A stretch of DNA of 62,416 nucleotides from Methanobacteriota archaeon. Its GTDB lineage: Archaea; Thermoplasmatota; Poseidoniia; Poseidoniales; Poseidoniaceae. The DNA lies in contig PAAW01000061.1 of NCBI GenBank assembly GCA_002699515.1, positions 1 to 62,416 of the forward strand, read 5' to 3'. A model generated the notes under the pieces. It saw only the letters and a program-made list of their open reading frames with translations, searched no databases and had not been told where the DNA came from. A program made the translations under genes and the position numbers. Shown piece by piece: positions 19,873 through 29,887 of the stretch (within the stretch, counting starts at the first letter, position 1; every line of letters starts with the position of its first letter).

Positions 19873-21400
19873 ATGTATTTTGTATAAAATTCATAAATTC
19901 ATTTAAACTTTTTGATTTTAAATTTAACTTATCAGCAGTTTCAAATGAATATTTTCTATTTTCTGTTTTCGTTATTTCATTAGAAAAATCAATTGATGAT
20001 TCAAATACTAAACTATAAAAGTATTGTTCAACATCAGAATAAATATTATTTGGGATTTCATGTTTTTGATTAAGAAGCTTCTTAAATGATTCAAAATATT
20101 TATCTTTATTTTTAGATGGTTTAAAATAATTAATTCTTGTGTAGTGTGCGTTACCTGCTGTAAGTACATTTTTATTTAGTAAAACAGACTCCAAGGCTAC
20201 AGTTGAGTTATAGACAAGTACTAAATCAGAAATTTTAATTAACTCATAGGAGCTAATATTATTTTCTGAAGAAATAATAACAACATTCTTTAATTTAGAA
20301 AAACCATTTTCTACAAGCCACTCACTAGTAGGTTGGAAAAGTTTTTTATCTTCTCTAGATTCATCTGGGTGAGATCTGTAAATAAAAAGGGTAGAAGGGT
20401 TTTCTTTTACTAGCTTTTTAGTTGATAACAACCAATCATATAAATCTTCAAATAAATAATGAGCGTTCACTTGTGACGTATCAAAAGGAACATTTAAAAA
20501 CAAACTAGCAGTATTTTTGTATTCTTTAATTTTTTTGATTAAATCTTTTGAAATAGGTTCCATTTCTTTCCAAAACTTTACCCCACCCCTGTCAAATTCT
20601 CCAGTTCTTCTTTTTTGAAGGTATTCTTCCAATTTATTTTTTTCTTCAATTTTTAATTTAGATTTTCTTATTTTGAAGTTATAGTCTGGAGCAAATTCTT
20701 CTGAAAAAAATATTGAATTATTTGCAAAGCCACTTTCAAAAGTAAATACTTTTACATTTTTCAATTCTAGAACTTTTTTAATGATTGATTCTGGAAAAGT
20801 GTACCCATTAAATATAATTGCAAACTTTGGAAGACGTCCCTCTGGCATTTCATTTAAATAATTTATCCACTGCTTGGATGACAATAACATATTTTTTTGA
20901 AATGATTTATATAGTTTTTCATCAGATGTGTTCCCCCTTAATAGCCATCTTATAGATGGCTCTATAAGACTTTTAATTTCATCATCACTTAAAATTTCTA
21001 CGTTTTTATTTTTTCTATCATTTTTTGAGAAAACAATTGGATGAGTTCCATCAGTAAATTTTCTATTAAATTTGATACATGAGTAACAAGGCATCATGTG
21101 ATTTGGGTTTAATACGGATGCCCCAGTTTGACAAAACACTGGGCCTCCTTCACACTGTAGAGTTGTGACAGAATAACCTTCGTCTGAAAGTTTTTTAACT
21201 AATATATTTCCAACTGTACTAAAAAGGCTCATAAAGTCTAGATGAGATGAGCTATTAAAATACCAAACATCTTTTTTATCGTATTTTTTTGAATAGTTAT
21301 TTTTTAAAAAGCGAGGTTTTTCAACCATAAAACTTAATAGGTTTTTTGAAACACCCCTGAAGTTACTGTTAACTAACTTTTTCAATGAATTTATTTTCAC
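19865..21400 (-). CDS. KpsS/KpsC-like (Capsule_synth) ulosonic-acid transferase
   Basis: IFNG, FESG, NVPFDT, RSHPDE, NSTVALES.L..K.V...G.A.Y. Confidence 0.72.
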   Translation of the reverse strand: MKINSLKKLVNSNFRGVSKNLLSFMVEKPRFLKNNYSKKYDKKDVWYFNSSSHLDFMSLFSTVGNILVKKLSDEGYSVTTLQCEGGPVFCQTGASVLNPNHMMPCYSCIKFNRKFTDGTHPIVFSKNDRKNKNVEILSDDEIKSLIEPSIRWLLRGNTSDEKLYKSFQKNMLLSSKQWINYLNEMPEGRLPKFAIIFNGYTFPESIIKKVLELKNVKVFTFESGFANNSIFFSEEFAPDYNFKIRKSKLKIEEKNKLEEYLQKRRTGEFDRGGVKFWKEMEPISKDLIKKIKEYKNTASLFLNVPFDTSQVNAHYLFEDLYDWLLSTKKLVKENPSTLFIYRSHPDESREDKKLFQPTSEWLVENGFSKLKNVVIISSENNISSYELIKISDLVLVYNSTVALESVLLNKNVLTAGNAHYTRINYFKPSKNKDKYFESFKKLLNQKHEIPNNIYSDVEQYFYSLVFESSIDFSNEITKTENRKYSFETADKLNLKSKSLNEFMNFIQNTSS

Positions 21401-21453
21401 TTCATAAAAAACGATAACATGTAATTTAGATTAAAAATAGACTAATTTATATT

Positions 21454-22176
21454 ATGAGTGAAATGAAAAGAGCACTACTTTTATTGCCAAAATTAACTGG
21501 GCCTTTAAGGTCATACTATAACTTATTCTTTGGTGAAAAAGAAATAAAATATTTACATCAATACCTAAAACAATATAACAAAAATTATGACTTTATTGAT
21601 GTTGGTGCAAACTATGGCATTTATAGCTTCCTGTTTGGATATAAATCAAAACTTACTTTTATTATTGAACCAGTAAAAGAATGTATTGAATACATTAAGG
21701 GAGGATATATGAATGACAATGTGAAATTTTTTGAAAAAGTTGCATCAAATAGTGATAACAAAAAAATCTTAAATATACCATTTGAAAATAAAAAACTAAT
21801 TTTTGGTAAGTCATCTCTAGAGAACATTCACAAGGATCAAGAACAAATTAGAGTCGAATCTTTTAAGCTAGACTCTCTTTACTGTGACCTCACCCCTAAA
21901 GATTCAAATTTAGTATTTATTAAAATAGATGTTGAAGGTCATGAAGAAAAAGTTATTGACGGATGTAAGAAAATACTCTCAAGTAAGAAAACCCTTTTAT
22001 TAATAGAGATTGAACAAAGGCATAATAAAAATTATTTAAATACCTTTGATAAATTATTGAACTCAGGCTTTAAAGCATATAATGTAGAAAAAAATTACTT
22101 ACGCGAATTAAAAAATGCTGATGAATTTAAAGATGCAATGAAATATAATATAAATTTCTTATTTAAAAATTATTAA
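21454..22176 (+). CDS. FkbM family methyltransferase
   Basis: FIDVGANYG.YS, IEP, FIKIDVEGHE..V..G, LIEIEQRH. Confidence 0.9.
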   Translation: MSEMKRALLLLPKLTGPLRSYYNLFFGEKEIKYLHQYLKQYNKNYDFIDVGANYGIYSFLFGYKSKLTFIIEPVKECIEYIKGGYMNDNVKFFEKVASNSDNKKILNIPFENKKLIFGKSSLENIHKDQEQIRVESFKLDSLYCDLTPKDSNLVFIKIDVEGHEEKVIDGCKKILSSKKTLLLIEIEQRHNKNYLNTFDKLLNSGFKAYNVEKNYLRELKNADEFKDAMKYNINFLFKNY

Positions 22177-22212
22177 TAAACTTAAACTAACTTAATAATA
22201 TAGTTAAAAACA

Positions 22213-23826
22213 ATGAACAAATTAAAATTACTCATTACAGATATTCTTAAAGTTTCCAAGATAACAAAAACTTCAAAGAAGAAAAGAAGAATTATTTTCT
22301 CCGTATTTCTATCAAATTTAATAGTTTTTTTTGATATATTAATAATTTTAATTTTTACAAATATTTTCACTTCAAATTTAAATGCACAAAATTTTATAGT
22401 TGATTTTTTTATGAACAATTTAGTTTTATTTCCAGTAGTAATTCTTTTAAGATTCCTGTCAATTTATATCGAAAAAATGAATGTGCTTAATTTGAAGTTA
22501 AATATTGAAGAAAATTTGAGAACTCATTTAATAAAAGAAATATTTGATAAAGGAAATTATTCAATTTCCGACGCCTATTATTTTATAAATACAATTTCAA
22601 TGCAAGTTTCTAGTTTTTATGGAACGTTAACTGTATTTCTCAGTAGTATGCTTCAAATATTTGCATATGCTTCATATTTAATATATACCGATTTCAATAC
22701 AGTAATTGTTTTTTTTGGAGGTCTTATAATTCTTGCCTATCCTACATATTTTCTTACAAAGACAGGAAGAAAATATGCACATTTAACATATGAGTTTGGA
22801 GAAGAAATTAGCAAAGATACAGAAAAAGTTCTAGACAATTTATTTCTCATTAAGATTATAAATTTAGTAAATAATGAAGTTAAAAACTTTAAGAAAAGTT
22901 TAAAAAATTATTACAGTTCCTCTTATAACAACTTAAGATTCGGAACTTTAAACGCTATCCTACCAAATTTTTCTACAATGATGCTCTTGTCAATACTTTT
23001 AGTATTCTTTAATTTTGTAAAAGTATTGACACTTGATTTTATTGGAGTAATGCTTAGACTATTTCAGACACTAGGTATATTCAATGACAACCTCCACTTA
23101 ATTTCCGCATATCATGTCTATTTGGAAAACCTTTATTTAATGGAAAAAAACAAAGAAGTATCTTTTTCAGAAAACTATATAGTTAATAGTGAATTAGATG
23201 AAAAGAATTCAATAGTAATTTCTGATGTAAGCTTTAAGTATTTTAATAGTGATGAGTATATTTTTGAAAATTTAAATCTTGAAATTCCAAGAGGAAAACA
23301 CATCGTAATTACTGGAGTCAATGGATCTGGTAAAAGCACTTTGTTGGGCTTGTTGTCTGGAGTTTTTTATGCTGAAAAAGGAAATGTAAAATCATTTACT
23401 TCAAAATTAGGGTATGTTGGGGCATCTCCTATGATTATAAATTCAACCCTAAGAGAAAATTTAACTTATGGAATTGATAAAGAAATTTCAGACCAGGAAA
23501 TGTTTGAAATTATAGATTTATTTAAATTATTTAATGAAAACAATACAACTTTAGAAAAGAAAATATCAAATAAAACGTTATCGATGGGGCAAATGCAGAA
23601 AATAGCTTTCATGAGGGCTCTTTTATCAGGAGTTGAGGTCCTTATACTCGATGAGTCAACATCTAATCTTGATGAAGAATCAAAGAAGCTTATTTTTAAA
23701 ATACTCAAAGAAGCAAAAATAACAATAATTAACTCTACACATAATAAAAGAGATTTTGAAAATGTGGATCTTTACATTGAGTTAGTAATTTCTTTAGAAG
23801 GAAAAAGAGAATTATTGCTTACTTAG
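22213..23826 (+). CDS. ABC transporter, fused TMD+NBD (second PglK/MsbA-like exporter)
   Basis: Hydrophobic N-terminal half; GVNGSGKST, LSMGQ, LILDESTSNLD, STH. Confidence 0.85.
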   Translation: MNKLKLLITDILKVSKITKTSKKKRRIIFSVFLSNLIVFFDILIILIFTNIFTSNLNAQNFIVDFFMNNLVLFPVVILLRFLSIYIEKMNVLNLKLNIEENLRTHLIKEIFDKGNYSISDAYYFINTISMQVSSFYGTLTVFLSSMLQIFAYASYLIYTDFNTVIVFFGGLIILAYPTYFLTKTGRKYAHLTYEFGEEISKDTEKVLDNLFLIKIINLVNNEVKNFKKSLKNYYSSSYNNLRFGTLNAILPNFSTMMLLSILLVFFNFVKVLTLDFIGVMLRLFQTLGIFNDNLHLISAYHVYLENLYLMEKNKEVSFSENYIVNSELDEKNSIVISDVSFKYFNSDEYIFENLNLEIPRGKHIVITGVNGSGKSTLLGLLSGVFYAEKGNVKSFTSKLGYVGASPMIINSTLRENLTYGIDKEISDQEMFEIIDLFKLFNENNTTLEKKISNKTLSMGQMQKIAFMRALLSGVEVLILDESTSNLDEESKKLIFKILKEAKITIINSTHNKRDFENVDLYIELVISLEGKRELLLT

Positions 23827-24937
23827 AAGTAATTAGTTGAATATCTTGATAGATATTATTTGCTAGTTCTTCTATAGAGTTATTTTTTTTAATGTATTCA
23901 ATTCCATTCTCAGATAAGTTTTGTTCGTCATCCAGTGTATTTATATTTTTCAACAGAGATTGTAAAGGCATTGAATGTTCATTAAATAAAATACCGTTAA
24001 CTTTATTATTTATAATTTCAACATTGTTTGGAATATCTTTTGCAATAACGACACAACCTGAAGCCATTGCCTCAAGAATAGCTTTAGGATTTCCTTCAAA
24101 TGAAGAAGTAGAAACAAAATATTTATACTCAGCCATTAGCTTAAGAAGTTGATTATTTTCTACAGTTCCTAAAAAATTTACATTCACAGCTAAATTTTCA
24201 GATATTTTTTCAAGATTTTCTTGTTCACTCCCAGAGCCGACAATGTCTAAGGTTAGATTTGTATTGACTAAACATTTAATTAAGTATTCAAAATTTTTTT
24301 GTTTTTCTAATCTTCCAACTGAAAGTATTTTATTTTCATATCTTAAATTAAAATTTTTATAGTTTTCGTTTGATACCCAATTCGGTCTTATAACAAGTTT
24401 CTTTTTATTAACTAGAAAGTATTTTTTTAAAAACATTGAGTCCAATTTGTTTGTAATTGAATAAATATTTGAAAAAATTAAAGTCAACTGGGTTAATAAA
24501 TAATATAGAAATATTTTAAATATCGACTTTTTTTCTTTTAAGCTGAATAAAAACATATCGTAACCTGTTCTAGTGTAGAGGGGTTTTTTGGAGTTCAATT
24601 TAAGAAGAATAGAGGCCCAGCTTCCTAAAAGTTGATTTTGTTTAATTACGTCAAAATTACCAATTTCGTTTTTTAATAATTTTGACAGCTTAAAACTGCT
24701 ATATAAGTTTTTATATTTATTTTCTGATTTATTTATAAGTGAATAAATAGGAACTATTTTTATATTTTTGTTAAGTTTAAATTCTTTATCTTTATTATCC
24801 CCATACGTAACAAATGTAAACTTAAGTCCAAAATCTTCAATAAGCTTATCAAATATCTTTAATTCTCTGGACAAAATACCTGCAGATTCCCAGCTTTTTA
24901 TGGAATAACCGTATGTAAAAAAATAAACGATGTGCAC
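23819..24937 (-). CDS. GT4 glycosyltransferase
   Basis: PNWV, SVGRLEKQKN, IVGSG, EGNPKAILEAMASG. Confidence 0.9.
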   Translation of the reverse strand: MHIVYFFTYGYSIKSWESAGILSRELKIFDKLIEDFGLKFTFVTYGDNKDKEFKLNKNIKIVPIYSLINKSENKYKNLYSSFKLSKLLKNEIGNFDVIKQNQLLGSWASILLKLNSKKPLYTRTGYDMFLFSLKEKKSIFKIFLYYLLTQLTLIFSNIYSITNKLDSMFLKKYFLVNKKKLVIRPNWVSNENYKNFNLRYENKILSVGRLEKQKNFEYLIKCLVNTNLTLDIVGSGSEQENLEKISENLAVNVNFLGTVENNQLLKLMAEYKYFVSTSSFEGNPKAILEAMASGCVVIAKDIPNNVEIINNKVNGILFNEHSMPLQSLLKNINTLDDEQNLSENGIEYIKKNNSIEELANNIYQDIQLITSK

Positions 24938-24944
24938 AAAAATT

Positions 24945-24990
24945 AGTGTAACTTCTATAGTGGAATAAGACCAGATAAACTTTTTATTAT
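24945..24990. promoter_or_regulatory. Back-to-back putative leaderless -10 elements for the divergent GT4 pair
   Basis: TACACT (minus, 24945-24950) 7 nt before GTG 24937; TATTAT (plus, 24985-24990) 7 nt before ATG 24998. Confidence 0.5.
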
Positions 24991-24997
24991 AGAAGAA

Positions 24998-26155
24998 ATG
25001 AAAAAAATCTTAATTGTACATACAAAATATACACAAAAAGGTGGTGAGGATATTGCTGTTGAGAAAGAAATTGATTATTTAAAGAGTTATTACAAGGTCG
25101 AAACATTAATATTTGAAAATACTTTTAAGCTTAAAATTAAAGAGATAAAAGCATTTTTTTATAACAAAAATGTTGAAAGTCTAGATAAGTTTAAAGAAAA
25201 AGTAATAGATTTTGAACCAGATTATGTGTATATACACAATCTTTGGTTTATGGCATCACTTGGAATTCTTGAATATTCACTGAATGAAGAATTAAATGTA
25301 ATACATAAATTACATAATTTTAGATATGACTGTACAAAATCATTTATTTCTCGTAAACATTTAAAGGGTGAAAAAATTTGCAAAGCATGTGGGCTTAATA
25401 AGTCTGATATAGGAAAGTTTAATAGATACTATAAAGAGTCATTTATTAAATCAGTTCTGGTTAATAATTTTGGGAGAAAATATTTTAAGTTGTTAAAAAA
25501 CAATAAACTGAAAATAATAACCCTTACTGAACATCACAAAAATTACTTGAATAAACTTGGTATTGAATTAGATAATATATTCGTTCAACCTAATCCCACA
25601 TTAAGTATTAATAAAACATATAACCAAACAAGCAAGAGACTAAATCAAATCGTCTATGCAGGCAGAATTTCTCAAGAAAAGGGAGTAGAAGAGCTCATTG
25701 AAGCATGGAAATTATTAGATGAACATAATTCAAAATTAATAATTATTGGTGAAGGCCCATTACTAAACGATATAGAGAAAAAATGTGAAAAAATTAATTC
25801 AGTAGAGATTCTTGGTTATAGAGACAATACAGAAGTATTAAAAATAATAAATGAATCTAAAGCAGTAATTACTACAACCAAACTATATGAAGGACAACCA
25901 ACCTTGTTATGTGAAGCCTCAGAACTTTCGGTGCCTTCAATTTTTCCAGACTCTGGAGGAATTAAAGATTTTTTTCCAAATAATTATGAATATAAATTTG
26001 AACAATTTAACTATCAAGACTTACTTAGCAAACTTAATAAAGTAGTATGTTCAGATTATTTAATAGAACAAGGGAAAGAGAATCAACAATTTATTTATAG
26101 ATATTTAGATGCTGATCGCCTCATACAATCTTTTGATAAAGTACTAGAGGCATAA
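24998..26155 (+). CDS. GT4 glycosyltransferase
   Basis: KILIVH..Y...GGED, HN, LHNFR..C, YAGRISQEKG, YEGQP..L.EA. Confidence 0.88.
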   Translation: MKKILIVHTKYTQKGGEDIAVEKEIDYLKSYYKVETLIFENTFKLKIKEIKAFFYNKNVESLDKFKEKVIDFEPDYVYIHNLWFMASLGILEYSLNEELNVIHKLHNFRYDCTKSFISRKHLKGEKICKACGLNKSDIGKFNRYYKESFIKSVLVNNFGRKYFKLLKNNKLKIITLTEHHKNYLNKLGIELDNIFVQPNPTLSINKTYNQTSKRLNQIVYAGRISQEKGVEELIEAWKLLDEHNSKLIIIGEGPLLNDIEKKCEKINSVEILGYRDNTEVLKIINESKAVITTTKLYEGQPTLLCEASELSVPSIFPDSGGIKDFFPNNYEYKFEQFNYQDLLSKLNKVVCSDYLIEQGKENQQFIYRYLDADRLIQSFDKVLEA

Positions 26156-26157
26156 TA

Positions 26158-26844
26158 ATGAGCGAACTTATATCCGTATTATTATCAGTTCATAATGATG
26201 AGATCAATATTAGGAAAGCTATAGAAAGTATTCTTACTCAGGAATATGAAAACATTGAACTTTTACTATTAGATGATGCATCAACGGACAATACTTACAA
26301 TGTATGTGAAGAATATTCATATATTGATAATCGAATAAAATTATTTAAAAATTCTGAAAATCAAGGATTAACAAAATCTTTAAATAAATTAATAAAAAAA
26401 TCCAATGGAGTTTTTATTGCTAGACAAGATTCAGATGACATTAGTTATAAAAACAGATTAATGGATCAATACAATTTTCTTATAAATAGTGATTTTGATA
26501 TTTGCACTTCACTAGCAAAAATTAAAGATAGATCAAAGGTTATACCAGGTTTTTCAAAGCATTTAAATCCAAATATTACAGTAAAGTATAAAAATCCATT
26601 TATACATGGAACTTTAATGATTAAATCAGAAACCTTAATAAAGATTGGTATGTATAACGAAAATTTTTACTACGCTCAAGACTACAAATTGTTCAAAGAT
26701 CTAATTGAAAATAAACATAAAATAAAAATTATCAAAAAAGTACTATACGAGATAAATATGACTGATAACATTTCAATGAAAAATAAAAACGAACAAGCCT
26801 ATTTTGCAGATTGCGTTCGAAGAAATATAATACCTATAAATTAA
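26158..26844 (+). CDS. GT2 glycosyltransferase
   Basis: ISVLLSVHN, LDDASTD, NQGLTKSLN, IARQDSDDIS, NPFIHG, AQDY. Confidence 0.9.
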   Translation: MSELISVLLSVHNDEINIRKAIESILTQEYENIELLLLDDASTDNTYNVCEEYSYIDNRIKLFKNSENQGLTKSLNKLIKKSNGVFIARQDSDDISYKNRLMDQYNFLINSDFDICTSLAKIKDRSKVIPGFSKHLNPNITVKYKNPFIHGTLMIKSETLIKIGMYNENFYYAQDYKLFKDLIENKHKIKIIKKVLYEINMTDNISMKNKNEQAYFADCVRRNIIPIN

Positions 26845-27825
26845 TCAAGTTTTTTGACTTAATTTTTTTTCAATACATTTTATTAAAATTTCTTCTACAG
26901 AGACGCTTGGCTTCCACTCAAGATTATTTCTTAATTTTGCGGGATCAGCAACAATTGAAGATGGATCCCCACTTCTTAAAAGCTCGTTATCTTCATGCAC
27001 AAAATTTTTCCAATCAATATCAAAATAACCAAATACTATATTTACTAGGGTTTCAATATTATTTCCTTTACCAGATCCTATTACGTAATCTTCATTATCA
27101 TTTTGTTTATTTATTTTATATATTGCTTGTGCAACATCTCCTGCATAGCTCCAGTCCCTTACAAGACTGAGGCTACCAACAGTTAGACTTTCGAGCTTAT
27201 CTTGGTTAATTAAAATTGCTGAGTTTACAATTTTCATAATTAGATAATCTTCGTTTCTAAACTCTGACTCATGATTAAACATTATTCCAGAGCAAATATT
27301 TATTTCTTTTATTTCTTTTAATTCCTGAATGTAGTTATGAATTTTTAACTTTGCCTCAGCATAAGGAGATCTTGGTTTGAAAATCGAACTCTCATCTAGT
27401 TTTGAGTCAGATGAATCAAACATCTCTGAACTTGAGGCTTGAAAGAAATTACAGTTAATATTATTTTCAATAATTGGATTAATTATATTGTTAAAATATT
27501 CAATTATTTGATTGAATGTTTCATTTCCATCGTTTAAAGATTTATATACAGAACTAGGACCTGATAGGTTGTAAACATAATCTGGTTCATACTCTGAAAT
27601 TAAGTTATGAACTTCTTTTTTGTTACCCAAATCAATATTTACAATTTTTATGTCATCTAAGTTTATTTTATTATTTAAAATTCTTAATTTTTTATAAAAT
27701 GAGTTATTATCTTTACTTCTTGAAATTCCCAAAATTTTTACATTTTTTTCCGCATTTAATAAAATAGAGCTCAAAAATAAGCCATCTTGACCAGTTATTC
27801 CAGAAATTAAATGTTTTTTTAGCAT
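26845..27825 (-). CDS. Divergent GDP-mannose 4,6-dehydratase-like extended SDR
   Basis: ISGITGQDG, QASSSEMF, P.SPYA.AK, GI.FNHES..R, RDWSYA.D. Confidence 0.8.
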   Translation of the reverse strand: MLKKHLISGITGQDGLFLSSILLNAEKNVKILGISRSKDNNSFYKKLRILNNKINLDDIKIVNIDLGNKKEVHNLISEYEPDYVYNLSGPSSVYKSLNDGNETFNQIIEYFNNIINPIIENNINCNFFQASSSEMFDSSDSKLDESSIFKPRSPYAEAKLKIHNYIQELKEIKEINICSGIMFNHESEFRNEDYLIMKIVNSAILINQDKLESLTVGSLSLVRDWSYAGDVAQAIYKINKQNDNEDYVIGSGKGNNIETLVNIVFGYFDIDWKNFVHEDNELLRSGDPSSIVADPAKLRNNLEWKPSVSVEEILIKCIEKKLSQKT

Positions 27826-27909
27826 ATTAAATCAAAAGGATACTACAAGTCTATTTGATTTTATTACCATATACACAAATAATTGAAAACTATATAATAT
27901 TCTTACTTT

Positions 27910-28833
27910 ATGAAAGTTTATTTAAACAACATAAATGAATCTTGGGTTGTAGACAGACTGAAAGATGAATGGTACGAGTACAACTTTGATATTTCTACAA
28001 GAAAACCAAAAGAGGCTGACATTATATGGATACTTACACCCTGGTTGTGGAAAAATGTAAGAAAAAGTACTTTAAAGAAAAAAAAAGTAGTTTGCTCAAT
28101 TTATCATATTGATTTTCAAAAATTTTCAGATAAAGACAAAAAAGACTTTTTAAAAAGAGAATCTTATGTAGATGAGTATCATGTGATTTCTGAAAAATCA
28201 AAAATGCAGCTTGAACAACTAACTAATAAAAAAATTACATCGATACCTTTTTGGGTTAATCAAAATCTCTGGTTTCCTATTAATGACAAAAATGAAATAA
28301 GAAAAAAATATGGTCTATCAGAGGAAAATTTTTATATTGGCTCATTCCAGAGAGATACAGAAGGCAGTGATTTAAAATCACCCAAGTTAATTAAAGGTCC
28401 TGATAGGTTTATTGAAATTGTATCTTTAAAATACAGTGAAAATAAAAATACTGTTGTAATTTTAACTGGAAAAAGAAGACAGTATATAATTTCAGAATTA
28501 GAAAAATTAAATATACCTTATAAATATTTTGAAATGGTTGATTTCAATGATTTAAATGAGTTATATAATGTTTTAGATTTGTATATTGTTTCATCAAGAG
28601 TTGAAGGCGGGCCACAAGCAATTGTCGAATGTGGATTAATTAAAACACCAATTATCTCAACCGATGTCGGCGTTGCTAGTGAAATACTATCTTCTGAGTC
28701 AATATTTAATATGGAAAATTTTCATTCAGCTAAACCAAATATTGAATACGCTAATAAAAAATCAAACCTATACACAGTTCCAAAAGGTTTTGACAAGTAT
28801 AGAAATTTATTTAGAGAAATTTATGAAAGTTAG
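27910..28833 (+). CDS. GT4 glycosyltransferase
   Basis: GSFQRD.EG, KGPD, DLYIVSSRVEGGP.AI.E, ISTDVG. Confidence 0.85.
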   Translation: MKVYLNNINESWVVDRLKDEWYEYNFDISTRKPKEADIIWILTPWLWKNVRKSTLKKKKVVCSIYHIDFQKFSDKDKKDFLKRESYVDEYHVISEKSKMQLEQLTNKKITSIPFWVNQNLWFPINDKNEIRKKYGLSEENFYIGSFQRDTEGSDLKSPKLIKGPDRFIEIVSLKYSENKNTVVILTGKRRQYIISELEKLNIPYKYFEMVDFNDLNELYNVLDLYIVSSRVEGGPQAIVECGLIKTPIISTDVGVASEILSSESIFNMENFHSAKPNIEYANKKSNLYTVPKGFDKYRNLFREIYES

Positions 28834-29887
28834 TATTGGCGCTTTTATTAAAGAGGGACCGTGGGGCGGTGGAAATCTTTTTTTTAAGAATTTAAAAGAA
28901 TATTTAGAGGCAAACGGACATCGCGTCATTAATCACTTATTTGATGATGATATTGATCTAATCCTACTCACAGACCCAAGAAAAAAATCTGAATCATCAT
29001 CTTATACACACAAAGAAATTCTTAAATATAAGAATTATATAAATCCCAGCGTGAAGGTTGTACATAGAATTAATGAATGTGACGAAAGAAAAAAAACGAA
29101 AGGATTAAACCAATTTTTATTTGAAGCTAACCAGTGTTCGGACGCAACAGTATTTGTTAGTGATTGGATAAAAAATTTATATGAAAAGCAAGGTTTTAAT
29201 ATATCAAATCCACATGTTGTAATGTCTGGCTCAAATTCCAAAATCTTCAATTCAGATAAACAAAATATTTGGGATAAGGATCAAAAGATGAAAATTGTAA
29301 CTCATCACTGGAGTGGTAATTGGAACAAGGGATTTGATATTTATGAAACACTAGATTTACTACTTAATGAATCCAAATATTCAGAAAAATTTGAGTTTTT
29401 ATATATAGGAAACATACCAAATAATTTTTCATTTCAAAATACAAAAGTAATTAAACCGCTGTCAGGGTTGTCTCTTGCAGAAGAGCTTAAAAAATGTCAT
29501 TTATACATAACTGCATCAAGAAATGAGCCATCTGGCAATCATCATATTGAAGGAGCCTTATGCGGTCTTCCAGTTTTGTATATTAATAGTGGTGCATTAC
29601 CAGAGTATTGCAAGGGTTATGGTTTAGAGTTTGATGTTGATAATTTTGAATCAAAATTGCTAGAATTAAAAGATTCATATCTTGATGTAAAAGAAACCAT
29701 GATTAAATATCCATATAATTCAGAAAAAATGTGTCAAGAATATGAAAATCTTTTTCAAAATCTAATTAAAGAAAAAGTTAAAATAAACAACATCCCAATA
29801 AGAAATAACTATTTTAGAAAAATTGGAAATAAAATAAAAAGTTTTATATTGTTAAATTTATCAAAGAAAAATAAATTTTGGAGATAA
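28823..29887 (+). CDS. GT4-like glycosyltransferase
   Basis: GPWGGGN, HRI, VFVS.W, HWS.N.NKG, YITASRNEP..N..IE...CGLPVL; ATG 28823 coupled to upstream stop (ORF track start 28664 overlaps upstream gene by 170 nt). Confidence 0.8.
   Translation: MKVSIGAFIKEGPWGGGNLFFKNLKEYLEANGHRVINHLFDDDIDLILLTDPRKKSESSSYTHKEILKYKNYINPSVKVVHRINECDERKKTKGLNQFLFEANQCSDATVFVSDWIKNLYEKQGFNISNPHVVMSGSNSKIFNSDKQNIWDKDQKMKIVTHHWSGNWNKGFDIYETLDLLLNESKYSEKFEFLYIGNIPNNFSFQNTKVIKPLSGLSLAEELKKCHLYITASRNEPSGNHHIEGALCGLPVLYINSGALPEYCKGYGLEFDVDNFESKLLELKDSYLDVKETMIKYPYNSEKMCQEYENLFQNLIKEKVKINNIPIRNNYFRKIGNKIKSFILLNLSKKNKFWR

Noticed and set aside
28664..28822. Long N-terminal extension of the GT4-like ORF
   Set aside because: Overlaps the upstream gene; ATG 28823 gives a normal MKVSI start coupled to the upstream stop.
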